Position numbers and translations under genes: made by a program. Shown piece by piece: positions 1 to 13,800 of a stretch of DNA of 64,000 bases. Source of the stretch: Podarcis liolepis (Eukaryota); NCBI GenBank assembly GCA_965112155.1, contig OZ218100.1. The stretch is one strand, 5' to 3'. A model generated the notes under the pieces. That model saw only the letters and a list, made by a program, of their open reading frames with translations, was not told the origin of the DNA and searched no databases. Within the stretch, counting starts at the first letter, position 1. Each line of letters starts with the position of its first letter.

Positions 1-1228
1 ATGTTTTGCAATAACCATATGACATTCCTACTGAGAGGACAACATCAATGTTTCTTTCCTTAGTGTGAAAACCTTCCTTTTCACTAACCAGTAGTAACAT
101 GAAAAGGTTTTTAAAATCCTCTGTTAAATTAGCACCAGTGGTTGTTTCCCCCACCGAATTTTCACTATTGCAGTTTGGTTGCAGCCCACCTTTCTGCTGC
201 CTCCACCTTCTCTGCATGACTCCAGTTCTCATTGTTGCTTCTGGGAGTGACCCTGTTTAACTTCCGGCTGGCTGGTGACTGCAGGTGCTGTAGACAGAAT
301 GAGTTGTGTTTTATTAACCCATCGCTACAACTCACACACTTAATTAGCTCTTTTGGAAAAACCAAATGTGTGCAATATCAGTGGTACTCATAAGTACTAC
401 AGCCAGGCAAACAAACAATGAAGAGGGTGTGTGGAGACTTGGAAACTTTCCTTCTTTCCTTTCCAGACAGTGTGTGTGAGAGAGACAGGTGCTTTCTTTA
501 CTTCCTTCTGTCCTTTCCTCTACTTGTGGGGGGCAGGGGAGAAGAAACAGCACATGTGTTTTGCTGGGTGTGCACGCCCATGTGCTGCTGAATAAAGAAG
601 GGACAGACTGAAGAGCAGATGGTTGGGAGGTGGGAAGAATAGCTAAAAGAGTACAACACGTGTGGTTCTTGAAGCCCTGCCTCCAGGTGGTTATACATGC
701 ACAAAGCAGTCAGACGTGCAGAGGCCAGCAAAGGACAAATTGAAAAAGAAAACATGGATTTTCAGGTGCAGTGCAGATGAGTCCCGAGATCAAGCTCAAA
801 GAAGCTGACAGCCAGAGTCACTTTTATGCAAATAAGAAGACAGGCAGGTGGGGTCTGGTTTGGTGAGGCAGTGCCCCATTTGGCCTAACAGTACGGCCTC
901 CAGTGTTTACTTCAGTAACCTTTTGGATTTTTAAGTCTAGTGGTGTGATAATTAACTAGCAGTGTTTTTTCTTTAATTCAGTAATTAAGTTCTCCCTATC
1001 ATAGGGACTCAGGATGAAGAATATTTACCGTAGTATGTCCCTTTCCCCACGGGATCACAAACACTCTATTGAACTGAGAAAGGAGAGGGGAAATTCTGGA
1101 AAAGGAAATATATTTATGATCTCAATCAACCTTTCTAGGGTCTTCATCTTAATCTAACACAGTGCTCTTAACCCCCTGTCGGTTATCGGTTATGGGCCCT
1201 TTGAAATTCTGATAAAAGCTTTGGACTC

Positions 1229-1231
<3 letters not shown>

Positions 1232-1292
<61 letters not shown>
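1232..1292. repeat. (TC)n(CA)n compound microsatellite
   Basis: Seen directly. Confidence 0.97.
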
Positions 1293-1344
1293 ATTTATTG
1301 CTTTGGAAAAAAATTGTGCTAGGTTCACAAACCTCTGAAACCCA

Positions 1345-1560
1345 AATAAAAAAATTCCTTCCAGTAGCACCTTAAAGACCAACTAAGTTAGTTCTTGGTA
1401 TGAGCTTTCGTGTGCATACACTCCTTCACTGTGTGTATCTGAAGAAGTGTGCATGCACACGAAAGCTCATACCAAGAACTAACCTAGTTGGTCTTTAAGG
1501 TGCTACTGGAAGGAATTTTTTTATTTTGACTATGGCAGACCAACACGGCTACCTATCTGT
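1345..1560 (+). mobile_element. Penelope-like element remnant with inverted pseudo-LTR
   Basis: About 85-bp inverted arms (1344-1428 / 1440-1526) plus a tail ggcagaccaacacggctacc; flanked by the 12-bp direct repeat CTCTGAAACCCA (1333-1344, 1561-1572). Confidence 0.8.
1435..1472 (+). ncRNA. Minimal hammerhead ribozyme motif (Penelope-associated)
   Basis: GUAU-CUGAAGA-A-GUGUGCAUGCACAC-GAAA-GC-UC-AUAC: stem I GUAU/AUAC, CUGANGA box, stem II hairpin, GAAA, palindromic AGCU stem III, UH site. Confidence 0.72.
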
Positions 1561-1726
1561 CTCTGAAACCCACTCTAGAATATGAAATTTAAAACAGCTT
1601 TAGTGTTCAAAACTTTCAATGAAAGTGTTTTTGACATGTGTAGAACTCAGCTGCTGCACCTAGGGTGTCTTGCATGTACAGAACTTAATTTCAGAGCAAA
1701 ATTATTTTTCTGTCCTTCATTTACAG

Positions 1727-1837
1727 GTAGCAGAGGCAAAGCCTCTTGTAATTCAGGCTGATCTCATGCAGAGGGAGCTAGAGATCTGTCTAAAAAGAGA
1801 ATATACATTTGAAAGCTTACCTTTGTTACTGCACCAG
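1727..1837 (+). CDS. CCDC162: CCDC162 exon (window exon 1)
   Basis: ttacag|...|gtaata; VAEAKPLVIQ...LPLLLHQ; phase 0-0. Confidence 0.9.
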
Positions 1838-4800
1838 GTAATATTTGTCATGTTTGTGATTTGAAGACTCATTTGGCATTTTTCAGTGTGAATTTGCTAT
1901 CATGGGCAAACATGAAATGAAACTTTATACAGCTATGTCTGTGAATAAAAATAGGTCCCTTTACATAGATTTTTTTTTTAACAAACACTACAACCAATAT
2001 TTAGTATGCTCACAAGTTGGTTTTCACTGTGGCAGCAGCAGCACAAGGAATATCCTGTACATCTGATGGCAAGGGCATAGTTTTATTCAGCTGATTGCTT
2101 ATCAAATGCCAGGAATAATCAATTGATAATTCCCAGGTAGGAGTTAATGACTAAGGATGTTTCCCCTTAATTATCAGTCAATTTGCAGGGTGTGGTCTAT
2201 GATCATTGCTCTGCAAGCTGTTCTGTGTGGCAGAAAAGAAGGCAGTTACTCTGCATTGTGCAAAGATCCACCGAAAGAGAGAGATTTGAGAGACTTTAGT
2301 TTGATTTAGCTTTAAAAAGGGCAGGTTCCAAACAGCTGCTTAGCCTTGTGACTTCTGTGCTTTGGGGATCTGATACAGGATTAGTATCTGCCTAAAGTAG
2401 GATTCTGTTGGCTTCCGTTGTGCTCTGCTTATATTATATGTAAACAGATCACAAGCCTCCAGTGTGCTGCTTTCCCTGTCATCCAGAGGAAACCAGTGCA
2501 GCCCCAGGCTTCTTGCTTTACTGAGAAGCAAGGAGAGCATAACAGCAGCAGAGCAAGAGTGATTGCTACTTTACATGATACAAAATATGATTATATGTGT
2601 TCTTCCCCACAGAAGTTGTACAGGGGAGCAGGAGAATATGGGCCAAGTTCCACATAATTACTTTGACTGGGGGTGGGGAACCTCAGGCCCAGTGGACCTC
2701 AGGCCCGTTGCAAATATTTGGGGTCCACCCCCAGGCCACATTCTCTCTCTGAAGGCCATGCCCTCCCTGACCCTGACTCTTGAACAGTGATAGTTTTCTA
2801 GAAAAAATGCCAGAACGTGCCACAAACACCTCCCTTGTTCTGTTGGAACCCACCTGAGAGGTGCTGGAACTGAGTTCCGGTGAGTTCCAGCTGAAAGAAG
2901 CCCTGTTCTTGAACTGTGAATGTGTCTGTTGCCTGTGGGATGTAGAGGAGAAACTTCTGAATTGTGTGTGTCCATAACATATCCTACTATACAAAGGTAA
3001 TAATGATATCCATTGCTCCACCCATTTTTGACCTCCGGCATGTGGCCTCTGGATGGTTGCAAATAGTGGCCCTTGGTCTAAAAAAGATTCCTGACCCCTG
3101 ACCCAGGTCTTACTTTGGACTCATTCTAGTGCACTGGAATGTTTTGCTTTGCCCCATTTGGACAGATGATTCCATACTGCATCCTGTTTTTCAAACGCCT
3201 CTCCATTCCTTTCCTTTTCAGTATTTTGCATGTGCTAATAAAAGAGGCTTATCAGTAGGTCACTACTCCCTGATACGCACTTGGGTCTGGCCATTTCCTT
3301 GAAGGAAATTAGTTTTGACAACTCAAAACCTTTCATAAATTCCAGCACCTATAAATCTATAACAATATATACAAATAAAAGTACCGTATTCTGGAAACAA
3401 TGCCACTGTGTTTTTTGTGTGTGTTTTTTTTATAAAATCTGTTGCTTTTTGTATAGTTTTTTACAGAGAGAATCACGCATCTGGTCCAAAGCAAATATTT
3501 ACACATGCTTAGATGGAAGAGATTTTGTCAGCACAGCAGTGTTATTGAGCAATTCTATCCTTTGTACCAGGTATACTAATCTCATAGTGCCACAGATGCT
3601 AAAAATAGAATCATAGATTTGTTGAGTTGGAATAGGAACATGGGTTTTCCTCCCAGGTGTGTAATAAAAGCTCAGCTGTGTGTTTGGCTTGATTTCCTTT
3701 GCATCTAGGGGACAGAACTGTAAATATGTACATACGGTTGAATCCAACTAAGTCCTGCTTGGAAATAGACCCCTTAAAATCAACAGATGCAACTGACTTA
3801 ATCCCATTGGGTCTACTCTGAATATGTATGGATACAACCCATTGTTTTCTTTCTGTATAAATGAAATTCACCTTATAATGCTCAGTTAACGTTATGTGCA
3901 AGATTATGTGCCTTATACATAATTAATCATAATGGGCAGCATCCAGTTGTGACAGCCCTCTATGGCAACCTCATTCTCAGTGTGTAGCTCAAAACCCAGA
4001 TCCAGTGGCTATCATGCCCTTGCAAAAAGATGCTGCCTAGCCCCTGTTGCAATACTATCCTTACACTTGGTCATAATAAAGCATGTGCACTGCTGCTTGC
4101 ACAGCAATGGCAACTCTCAAACACTTTGAGCTAATGTAAATTTCAATTAATAATAATAATAATGGTACTGCTGCTTCATCAAGGAATAAAAGTTTCCCTG
4201 TTTGTAGAAAACAAGACTGTGAAAACCTTTTCCCCTGCTATGCTAATTTTCTATGTGCAGGAACTGTACATAGTAACTATTACTAATAGGAGATTTGGTG
4301 CCCTGATAAGCTGAAGTGCCAAAGTCTATGGAAGTTATACCATAAGTGCCTCTTCCATGTGTAAATCAGTTTTAATATTGAAAACCAGAGGCTCAGGGGA
4401 CTGTTAAAAGGACATGGACCATATCAGCAATGCCAGTTATTAAGATGTCAGCAGCCTGTGGTGGTTTTGAAGATGTCTATTAAAAGAGTCTTGTGTTCTC
4501 AATATTTCTTGGTGCATGGACCTCCATACAGTGAAAGCTCTGAAGACTTTTTTAAAATAAAAAAAACCCTTTCCAAAACATTGTTTTTTAGATTTTATCT
4601 AGAGGACTACACCCCCCCCCGCCCCCACATATGGCACATTCCTGTTCTTGATTTGAGACTTCTGCGGAGGGAAAGGCTAAAGCAAGGATGTTCTAGATAA
4701 TTAATTAATCTTTCTGAGAAAATAATGTCTCTTCTCTCTATCTCCCTAGAAACAAGTGGCTCATATTATGCAGGAGTACAATGACGCTGTTCAAAGGGCA

Positions 4801-7800
4801 GCAAGATTGTCAAGTGCCCGGGAGAACTTCCTGGCAGGAAAGGAAAATCCTACAAATTTAGTGACCCAAGAAGACCTGGCTATTTACACACAGTGGCTAG
4901 TATGTCACCTGCACTCACTTAAGACCATCCATAACTACCTTCAGGTGAGATGACAATTAGAGATTGTAAAAATGAATAACTTAATTATGGAACCTTTGGG
5001 TCCCACTTGTGCTTTCAATACAAACGCTAAATGCAAAATATGTGTTCCTCTCTGTAGGTACTCCAGTACTTGCCTGTCTCTCATAGAATGGAGATTAACA
5101 GACATCCTGTCTGGGGTGATGGTGATAAATTCAAAGCTGTTGGCAAAACTGTATATTTGTCTCCCAGTATCCAGCTCTCTATTCACCCTGACATATCAGC
5201 AACAGATGGTAAGAAGGAATTACCCTCACTTGCCTTAGGGCCTCGCTGTACAATACAGCAATATGGCATTAGTTTGCAGTTGTTGCATGTGGTCTGTCTT
5301 CCCCAAGTTTCCCTTCTGTTGTTGGGATATTGCATTTTCCAAGCATGCAAACTGTTATATTGATGCTGAGGGAAATACAGAGTACTCCCCATTTGTTTTC
5401 TGTTCATTGCTGATTACGTGCAGTGTGTGGAATTGAGCTGTGCAAGCATCACAGTCTCCTATTAGAAACAAAGGAGACGGGCCATATCTCAGTAGTAGAC
5501 CACCTGCTTTGGATGCCAATGGGTCTTGGGTTCTGCCCTTGGCAGGGGTGCCTGTCTCATTTCACCACCTGAGGTGAAATGAGAAGATATCCCACAGCTG
5601 CTGAAGCCTCACTTACTGGGGTTGTGCAGTGACAGCTTCTGTTAAAGTCTTATGAGATCTTGCAGAGTTCTCACAAGATCACACCACCACACAGAATTCC
5701 TGAGGCAGCTGCTTTAGTCTGCCTTATGGGCAGGTTGTCCCTGGCCCTCTGCATCTTCAGGTAAGACTGGGAAGGACAAACCCTGTCAGAAATCCTGAAG
5801 AACCACTGCTAGTCAGTGCAAACGATACTGAGCTAAGATTAATCAATGACCTGACTCAGTATAAGGCAGTATAAGTTTCCTGTAATCCTACTTCTACAAT
5901 TTGAGCATTAACAAGGGCATACCATACAGTCCTTCCACTCTCTCAACCTTTCAATCTAAGCAAAGGCCATTTCAGGATAGCAGCCAGGTGGGGATATGCA
6001 GATATACGCAGACAACATCTGGGCATTTATTCTGAAAGGAAATGAACTTTTATGGAGACAGAAAGTTAATCACGATGATTTGCTTCTTTGCTGTTTACTT
6101 TCAGCGACGCGTTGTCCAGGAACATTTGTTTTATAGTGTTATATTAAATAAGGTCTCCAACTCAGTCCGCTTTATAGATCTAAGCTTGATAGATTAAACA
6201 GAAAATTGATTAAGCAAAACATTAAAAGCTAAGATAGAGCCAAGTGTAGAACAGGGACACAGATGGCCCATTACTGCCAAGCAGTGAGATAACAAATTAG
6301 ATTACATATAACTATACAGATCCTCAGGAGCCTTATTGAACTTTAGCAAGTTGTTGCATGGTGATTAAAATTCTTGGTGTGTCAATGTGCTGCTGTACAA
6401 AGGACACTTGTGTGGTATAGTTATATCTGGGATTCATAGTATAACTTGGAAGAAGTTTATCATCAGAAACAAAAGGATACCTTGAAGGGCTGCTGCAAAA
6501 GTCTTGAAAGCACAAGACAGAAGCTGGTTACTAGTTTTCAAGCTGTATTAGTACTGTTTGAAATTGAGCTCAACAAGAACACTTAATAAGGAACTGAGGC
6601 TTATGGTGCAACCCAAAATAAGTGTTGACTCACCAAATATCTTCATAGCAGGAGGCTCTGCTGTTCAAGAGTAACCATTTTGTGTTATGACCCCAGAAGA
6701 CAGATTACAAATATGGAATTTGGGGTGTGCATCTCACAATAATCTGTTGAGCCACCACAAAACACACCCACATGTTTAGAGGAGTGTCCTCTATGAGGTT
6801 AAATAGAGTCATAGCAGTCCCAACACTTAGCACAAGACACTGACAGCTGTGTAGGTTCATGTTAATAACTGCCAATATAGGTAGAAGTATAAGGAACAGG
6901 GGGTATGCATCTCTCTGCAAGCGCTGGTCCACACCAAATCATAAACCCACATATCCAGATGGATGTAATGTACAGAAGATAGCATAGAAGTGTCTGGCCC
7001 AATGCTTCATTTTGGTGTGATATACTGTCATACATGGTAACATTGTCATCTGGGGTTATCATGTGCTAATGAATATTGTACAAAAATGTGGTGGTGGTTC
7101 ATAATTGTGGTGGTTCTTGAATGGGAGAGCCTTCCAGTTAGGGAAGATGGGCCAAAGCTTACTTTGGAATGCAGGGGCATATAAATCTCAGTTCTTTTAA
7201 GTCGTTCTATTGAACTCTGTTTCAAACTGTCAGGTGAATAAAAAACTGGGAGCTCATGCCGCCAAGACTTTTGCAGCAGCCCAACTATATTTACATCCTT
7301 TTATTTGTGATTTTAGGCTTACAACCTGGCCATTCAAAAGGCTGGCCATATACTTTTCCACCGCTCCAGTCTTCCTCTGTGGCCTACTGTAATTTTAATA
7401 GTTTAGGGGTGGGTTCGTGTGATATTGTATATATATAATGATGCACCTGAAGGCAACTTGGCAGCATTACAAAGTTTGTTTTATGCATCTTTTCAGTTTA
7501 TTCTTGCCCTCTTATAGGATTCCAAACCACACTTCCCCAACACACTGCAGAAATTGAGGAACTAAAGCCCCAACTCAAACTTTTACTTTCTAAATTTCGT
7601 ATCAACTATGATGTGGAAGACCTGAAGCATTCTGCTGATGAGATGGAACTTTTTTCTATGGTAATTTAATGGTTGCTCTTATATTACTGTATATAATATG
7701 TATACTGATGTGGTCCCTCTCCTCCCGCTGAAAGTCTATAGCTAAAAGAATAAACAGTTCAACCAGTTATTTACTTTGATATCAGCAGAGTTAAGTCTAT

Positions 7801-10800
7801 AATGATCTCCCTTCTGAATTTTTTATGATCCTCCAAAGTGTAATAATAAGGAATTTGGGGCAAAATCCAGAGTAATGTAAGTACAATTAAATCCCATTTT
7901 AAGTCAATAGAAATTCATTATGATGTTCAGTGAAGCTTAAGTGCATACTACTCCTCTCTTTGAACTATCTAACATATTAAATATTTTGCAGTGCTCAGTG
8001 GAAACCTATGTTTACTAGTAGGGCATCTTTTTCCTGGGATGCTTAGGTCATGCATGAGTTTAGAAGCATTTTCAGTAAACAACAGACAATGAGAACATTT
8101 CCTGTTTATGATGCTGAAACGCCTGGATCAGAAACCTGGGGTACCAGAGACCCCAACATGGCTTTGAAAAAGAGAGCCAACTGGATTCCTTTCATAAAGG
8201 TAATAAGACCTGCATTTGGTTGTTCTGATAAATTGTCTGCTCAGGCTAAAATATCTAAATTCCCAGCTTCTCATTAGCAAACCATGTGTACTCATCTTGA
8301 GTTGAAGTGGGTTAAATGGTCTCAGTTCAAGGGCCCTTGTCCAGAAACTTGGCATGTGCAGAAATATGATTGGCTGCTACCTTTGACAGAGCTGATTGGA
8401 TATTTGGGCAGAGTAGTGGGGTGCCTGGATTCATCCCTTCCACAAGTGGATAGCACTAAGAGCAGCAAGCAAATGGTAAGATCTTTGCACACATTCATTT
8501 CTGTTCAACACTGGCACACCTGGATTAAGCCCAAATCTGCTGAGTGCTAGTTTTTTCTTTCATGCGAAGCATCCTTTAGTTCCTGTAAATGCAAATTTGT
8601 GCACACAAAACAATTCAGTATGTCCCAATCACCTGTGCTGCATTAGGACAAGGAATGCGTTTTCTTTATGTTCCTTACACATGGTTTTTTATTGACAAGC
8701 AGATTAAACCTCACCAAGATCCATGGCAGCAAAAAATATTCAGGAAACTGGAGCATCGGAAGGTTGATGAACTGCTGCAGATTCAGTCAAAATTTTTAGA
8801 GGTAATAAAAACTGCTGAGTAACTGTTTCTCCACTCCCCACGTCCATTTTTTTTGCATTTCAAGGTTCTTGGTATATTTCTAACTTGTATCCACTTCTAT
8901 CAAACCTGTCTCCAATTTGTGTGATATGTAGCAGGTTTACGTCAAATTATTTATTTTTAATTTAAGTGAATCAAAACCCTTTTGGGTATTTCAGGATGAA
9001 GTTTTAAAAAAATCTACACTCAATAACAGGAAAGAATTCCACAGTCAGTGATTCCAAAGACTGTTTTTACTCAGGACACCATGAACTTTCATTTTCACAT
9101 TTTGTCTTTGTGATTTATAGTGGGGTGTTGTTGTTTTTTTAAGTACTCTTACGTTATGTCTAAACTTATTTGCCATTCCTTGAAATTTCATATCACTCAG
9201 TTGGATCCAGACAAAGTTAGTCTATATTATCTGAACTGTGGCTTCTGGTTTTGCTAAAAGTCAAAATATGTTGCTGTGACAAACTAGGTTTCCAATCCAG
9301 AACAGGTGATGGAGGTTCTTCAGGAGCAAGCATCTGCAGTGCTAGAGCCAAGATCAATGACATTGGCTTTTAGTACTTTTACACCTTCTTTTAATTCACA
9401 ACAATATGATCAAATCTGGAACAAGATTTACCACAACTCCAGATTCCATCAGGTAAATATGCAGAAGATTTTATAAACTGAAATTTGTGTAGGTAGAGAT
9501 TGTGTACATTTTCTTTTGGAATGAATTTTGTTACTTTTGAAGAGGATCCTCCAATTCAGGGTAAGTTTTGACTACCGCGTATTTACGAAACTGCTGTCCT
9601 TGCTTTATTTTGTGATGACTTGCATTTTGCTTCATAATAGTTGGAACTGATAAAATGCCACCACCGAATTCTTGCCTTTTCATTACTTCAGACAATCGGG
9701 CGACATTATGAGCCATGACAATAAGATTATCACTCCGTGGGGTTGGTTTCATGAAAGTTGAGAGCATTGTTTAGGATGCATGTCTGACTAATATCTCAAA
9801 TGGAGTCTTGGAAGGTCTGTGTTCCAAAATACAACCCCACCACCACCAGTTACTTCTTTGTTTGTTGGTGACTTTGGCAGTGTAAGAGATTCTCAGTCTG
9901 CTTTGAAGTTGATAATGGTTTGTGAAAATCCAAAAAGGAACATAGTACTTTTGTTAGAATAGACTAAAAATCACAGAGCAGTGTGCTAGCTTTTGAATAG
10001 ATCATAGGGTGGCAGTCAACAAAGCGCAAGGATTAATAATCGCACAATGGTGTTTCTCTCCCTTTCCTTCCCTATGTGTGCCATGTGAAATCCCAAAATA
10101 TGTTTGGAGGTTGGGGAGAAATCCAGAATACATTTTGCGGGGGGCGGGAGTACAGGAAGAGAAGTGGAGGAGGATGTTCCATTGCGTAAGAAGAATCCTT
10201 GTGCTGGCGAAACATTGTCCTTAGTCCTGTGTTGAATACAATTCAGAATGTGTGACAGGGATCCCACCCACCTCCTTGGAAAATAATGGAATAGAATGGA
10301 GAAATCTGCTTGGTACTTCTTTTTTGTAGTCCTTAGTAGGTAGCAAAGGTTGATCTCTTGGTCACCATATATTGCTGCTGTACTTGCCATTTTGATTGGT
10401 CACAAGTTGCACAAGCAACAAGAGAACCAGTGGGCTATGATGTAAGGATTCCTTTGTTCATAATTTTATAGTTACAAAAATCTTGAAAACGAAAACTTTT
10501 GTGTGTGTTTGTCTATAATAACTAGCCCTTAAATATGGACAGGAGCAAACCAGTGATGATGTTGATAATCCTACCGTGGCAACTGGAGAGAAGGAAATGA
10601 GACACTCCAGCTTTAACAAGACCTCCACTTTTTCAAGAAAGAAAAAAGACACAAGGTGAAATGAATATTGCCAGTTCCTCTGTGTGATGCTTATGTTTAA
10701 TGCTAAAAATGAATGGGCTGTACCAAAGTTGTCAAAACACAAATGGAAGGGCAGCTTCTCAAATTGCCCTGTCTCCTTTCCAGTGTTGGGCAAGCACTTA

Positions 10801-13800
10801 CCCAACTTACTTCCTGGGAAGGAAGCACTTACTTCCTGGGAAGGAAGCACTTACTTCCTGGGAAGGAAGTGGAAGGGCTCTAGGACCCTGGCAGAGCCTC
10901 ATACCTCTTTCCCAAAGCTTGGTTTAAGGCGGCACCACAAGGATTGGGGGGAGGGCGTCAAATGGCCTCGCACTGGGCAGCATATTATCAAGGTCCACCC
11001 CTGCATATGTGTACTCACTGGCACCACTTTAAATGTGATTGCACTAACACACTCCTGGGCCTTCTAAATGATGTTCTGTTCTGGAGGTTTTCATGTGAGT
11101 GATTACAGTAGGAGCTTTACCTCCTAGAAAGCAAATATAAAGAGATTATGCAATTTAGATGTAACTGAGAATCTCTTTGAGGAACAGTAATTTAATTAAA
11201 TTTCTCCTTCTTGGAAAAAAAAATGTAGTTACACAACGACCTTGCAGCTGCTGGGGTTAGATGAGGACATGGAGGCCGACAGCAAGGGGCTTCCCATGAG
11301 GAAAGGAGCCTACTTATCTCTCCTCCTTTTGCGTCACTTGCAAATCCGAGAGCTGCAGGTAAAAAGAAAAATCACATTCAAATGTTCATATTATGCAAGA
11401 CTGTACATAATAAGCCTTATTTTTATTTCATCGTAACCGTCTCATTTGTACTAGAGAATTTGTTTGGGCATCCTCAACTACTTCAGATCTGTTGAAAGAA
11501 CCCTAACCATCAGCACCTCGGGTCTTGCCTTGAGTGCCGGCCATCTGGTCTCCACCGCTGAAGATTCCTGTCGGGTAAATGCAGCCAAAGGGGGCAGAGG
11601 TGCCTATGGTGGTCTTGGTTCACACCCCTATGTGCATTACACACCAGCTGACTATAAGGTGAGGCATTTGGGTACTTTGTAAAATAGCTTCATAGAAAGA
11701 CACATGAATAAAATAGGTGCGGCACCAAGGTCAACGGGTGCTCCAGCTGACCTTGAATGCAGAAGGGCCCTGGTTCAATCCCTGCCATTTCCAGCTCCCT
11801 GGAGAATTGCTTAGCTTCATATATATATGGAGTAGGTCCTGCATGTTAGAGGATATAGCATATGGGGGCATTTAGGGGAATCCCCAGTCTCCTTACAACC
11901 CCAGCTCTATTTACGACAAGCTGTATTTACCCAAGCTGATGAAGTGCAGGTCATAAAATCAAAGCCATATGCCTTATGCGGAAACGCATTTGAGTGTTCC
12001 ACATCTGACACAGAGTTATAGATTTCTTATCTCTGTTCAAAGATCGAAGCAGACAAATTAACATTAGGCATATGCCTTCGTTGTATTGCTTTCAATGCCA
12101 ACTAAAGCCTTTTTTGGTTAGCCAGGCTACCGTGTTATGTAATTTTCTGGTGCACATTTGCTTTTCAAACTTTCTTTTTCAATTGAAAAATAATTTTATT
12201 CTATCTACTGTTTTTGTCTGTTTTTATTGCTATTGTTAAATGGCTATTTTATACCATTTTATGTAAACTACTTATGGAGGGTGTTTTTAAAATTAAGTTG
12301 TGTATAAATTTCACTAACTAAATAAATGCAGCAAACACATGCACAAAGTCTCCCTCCTGTACACTGCAGCCTCCCCCATTACTAGAATTACTACCCTAAT
12401 CGTGTATTTTCAGAAGTGCCCCATGGATCTCATTGGGACTTGCTCAACAGCAAGCATGCTTAGTCTTGCAGCCTTAAAGCAATCTGTTCTATGGATGGGT
12501 CAGACTTTTAACATTCAAAATCTGCCTTCAGCTTGAAATTCACAAAAGATACACTGCTTCCACTCCTAAATCCCATTGCCAATCAGAACTGAATCTTCCT
12601 CCTCAAGTTTACAGCAGGTCAAACTCTTCCATACCTTTACAAAACTCTTGAAAGTTACACACACACGTGTATGTACGTATGCCCACATGCCCACATGTAT
12701 TCACTGTTTTATTTGGTACTTCTAATATAGGCTTCATCATGTATTTATTTTTAATCTGTCCCTGGCACAGGTTCACAGTATGCAGTTTATGGAGTTTGCA
12801 GAGGTAGAAAACCATGATGATTTTTACACCACAGAAGACATGTATGTTCACACCCAGGATCAGCGAGGGGCTTTTGTGATGTACGATGTAGCCCTCCAGG
12901 ACCTGAAAGAGCTAGAAAAGCAGCTTTTGCTTGTGGCAACCCAATACATTGAGGCAGGGAAAGGTAAGAATCAGCACAGTTTGGTACACTTCTGCAAATG
13001 AGAAGGACAGTGAGGGGGGAAAGGAGCACAAATGGGAATGATCATTCACAAGGATGATCACCAGCCCAAAAGTTGGTATCCCAAAATCTCAGCCAGGGTG
13101 CCTGACTTTGTTTATAGCAAGCTGTTTATTGTCAACTACTGAGCCCAGCCTAGCAGAGTGGGACTCTGGACTGTTTTCATATGGTTGTGTGAAATGTTGA
13201 GACCTGTGAGGAAATCAAAAAGTTCTGGGAAACCATTTACAATGAACTAAAAAAAATATTTAAATATACATTCACAAAAAAACCTGAGGCCTTCCTTTTG
13301 GGGATAATTGGAGAAGAAATTAAAAAGGAAGACCAAACACTTTTCCAATACGCAACAGTGGCTGCTAGAACACTAATAGCACAAAATTGGAAGACATCCA
13401 AAATCCCAACTGTAAGTGATTGGCAAACTAAATTATTTGAATATATAGAATTGGCAAAAATGACACAGAAAATAAGAAACCAAAAAGGTACAAAGTTTAA
13501 TAATGAATGGAATAAATTTATGACATATATTGAAACAGATGTAAAAAAAATTAAAATCACAGTAGGCTCGATATAGCGCCCACGACGTAAAGAGATTTAA
13601 GAAAGTGAAACTGCAGATAGGAAACCTTTTGTAACATATTCCAAAACCGAGCTGAAGGGAAGTCAATTTTTGTTGTGTTACTTAGTTATTGTAAGTTTAA
13701 TTTGTTGGTACTTTATGATATGCAATGTTTTTCTTTTCTTTTTTGTTCTTTTCTTTTGTCTTTTTTTGTTTTAATGTTTGGTGTTGTGTAATGAAATGAA

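Noticed and set aside
1149-1382. ORF with a (RE)n repeat
   Set aside because: It is the translation of the (GA)n microsatellite.
1398-1430. Second hammerhead on the minus strand
   Set aside because: The core is mutated (GUGAAGG instead of CUGANGA) and stem I is missing.
10805-10869. 22-bp direct repeats as a possible CRISPR array
   Set aside because: Head-to-tail with no spacers, eukaryotic context, no cas genes.
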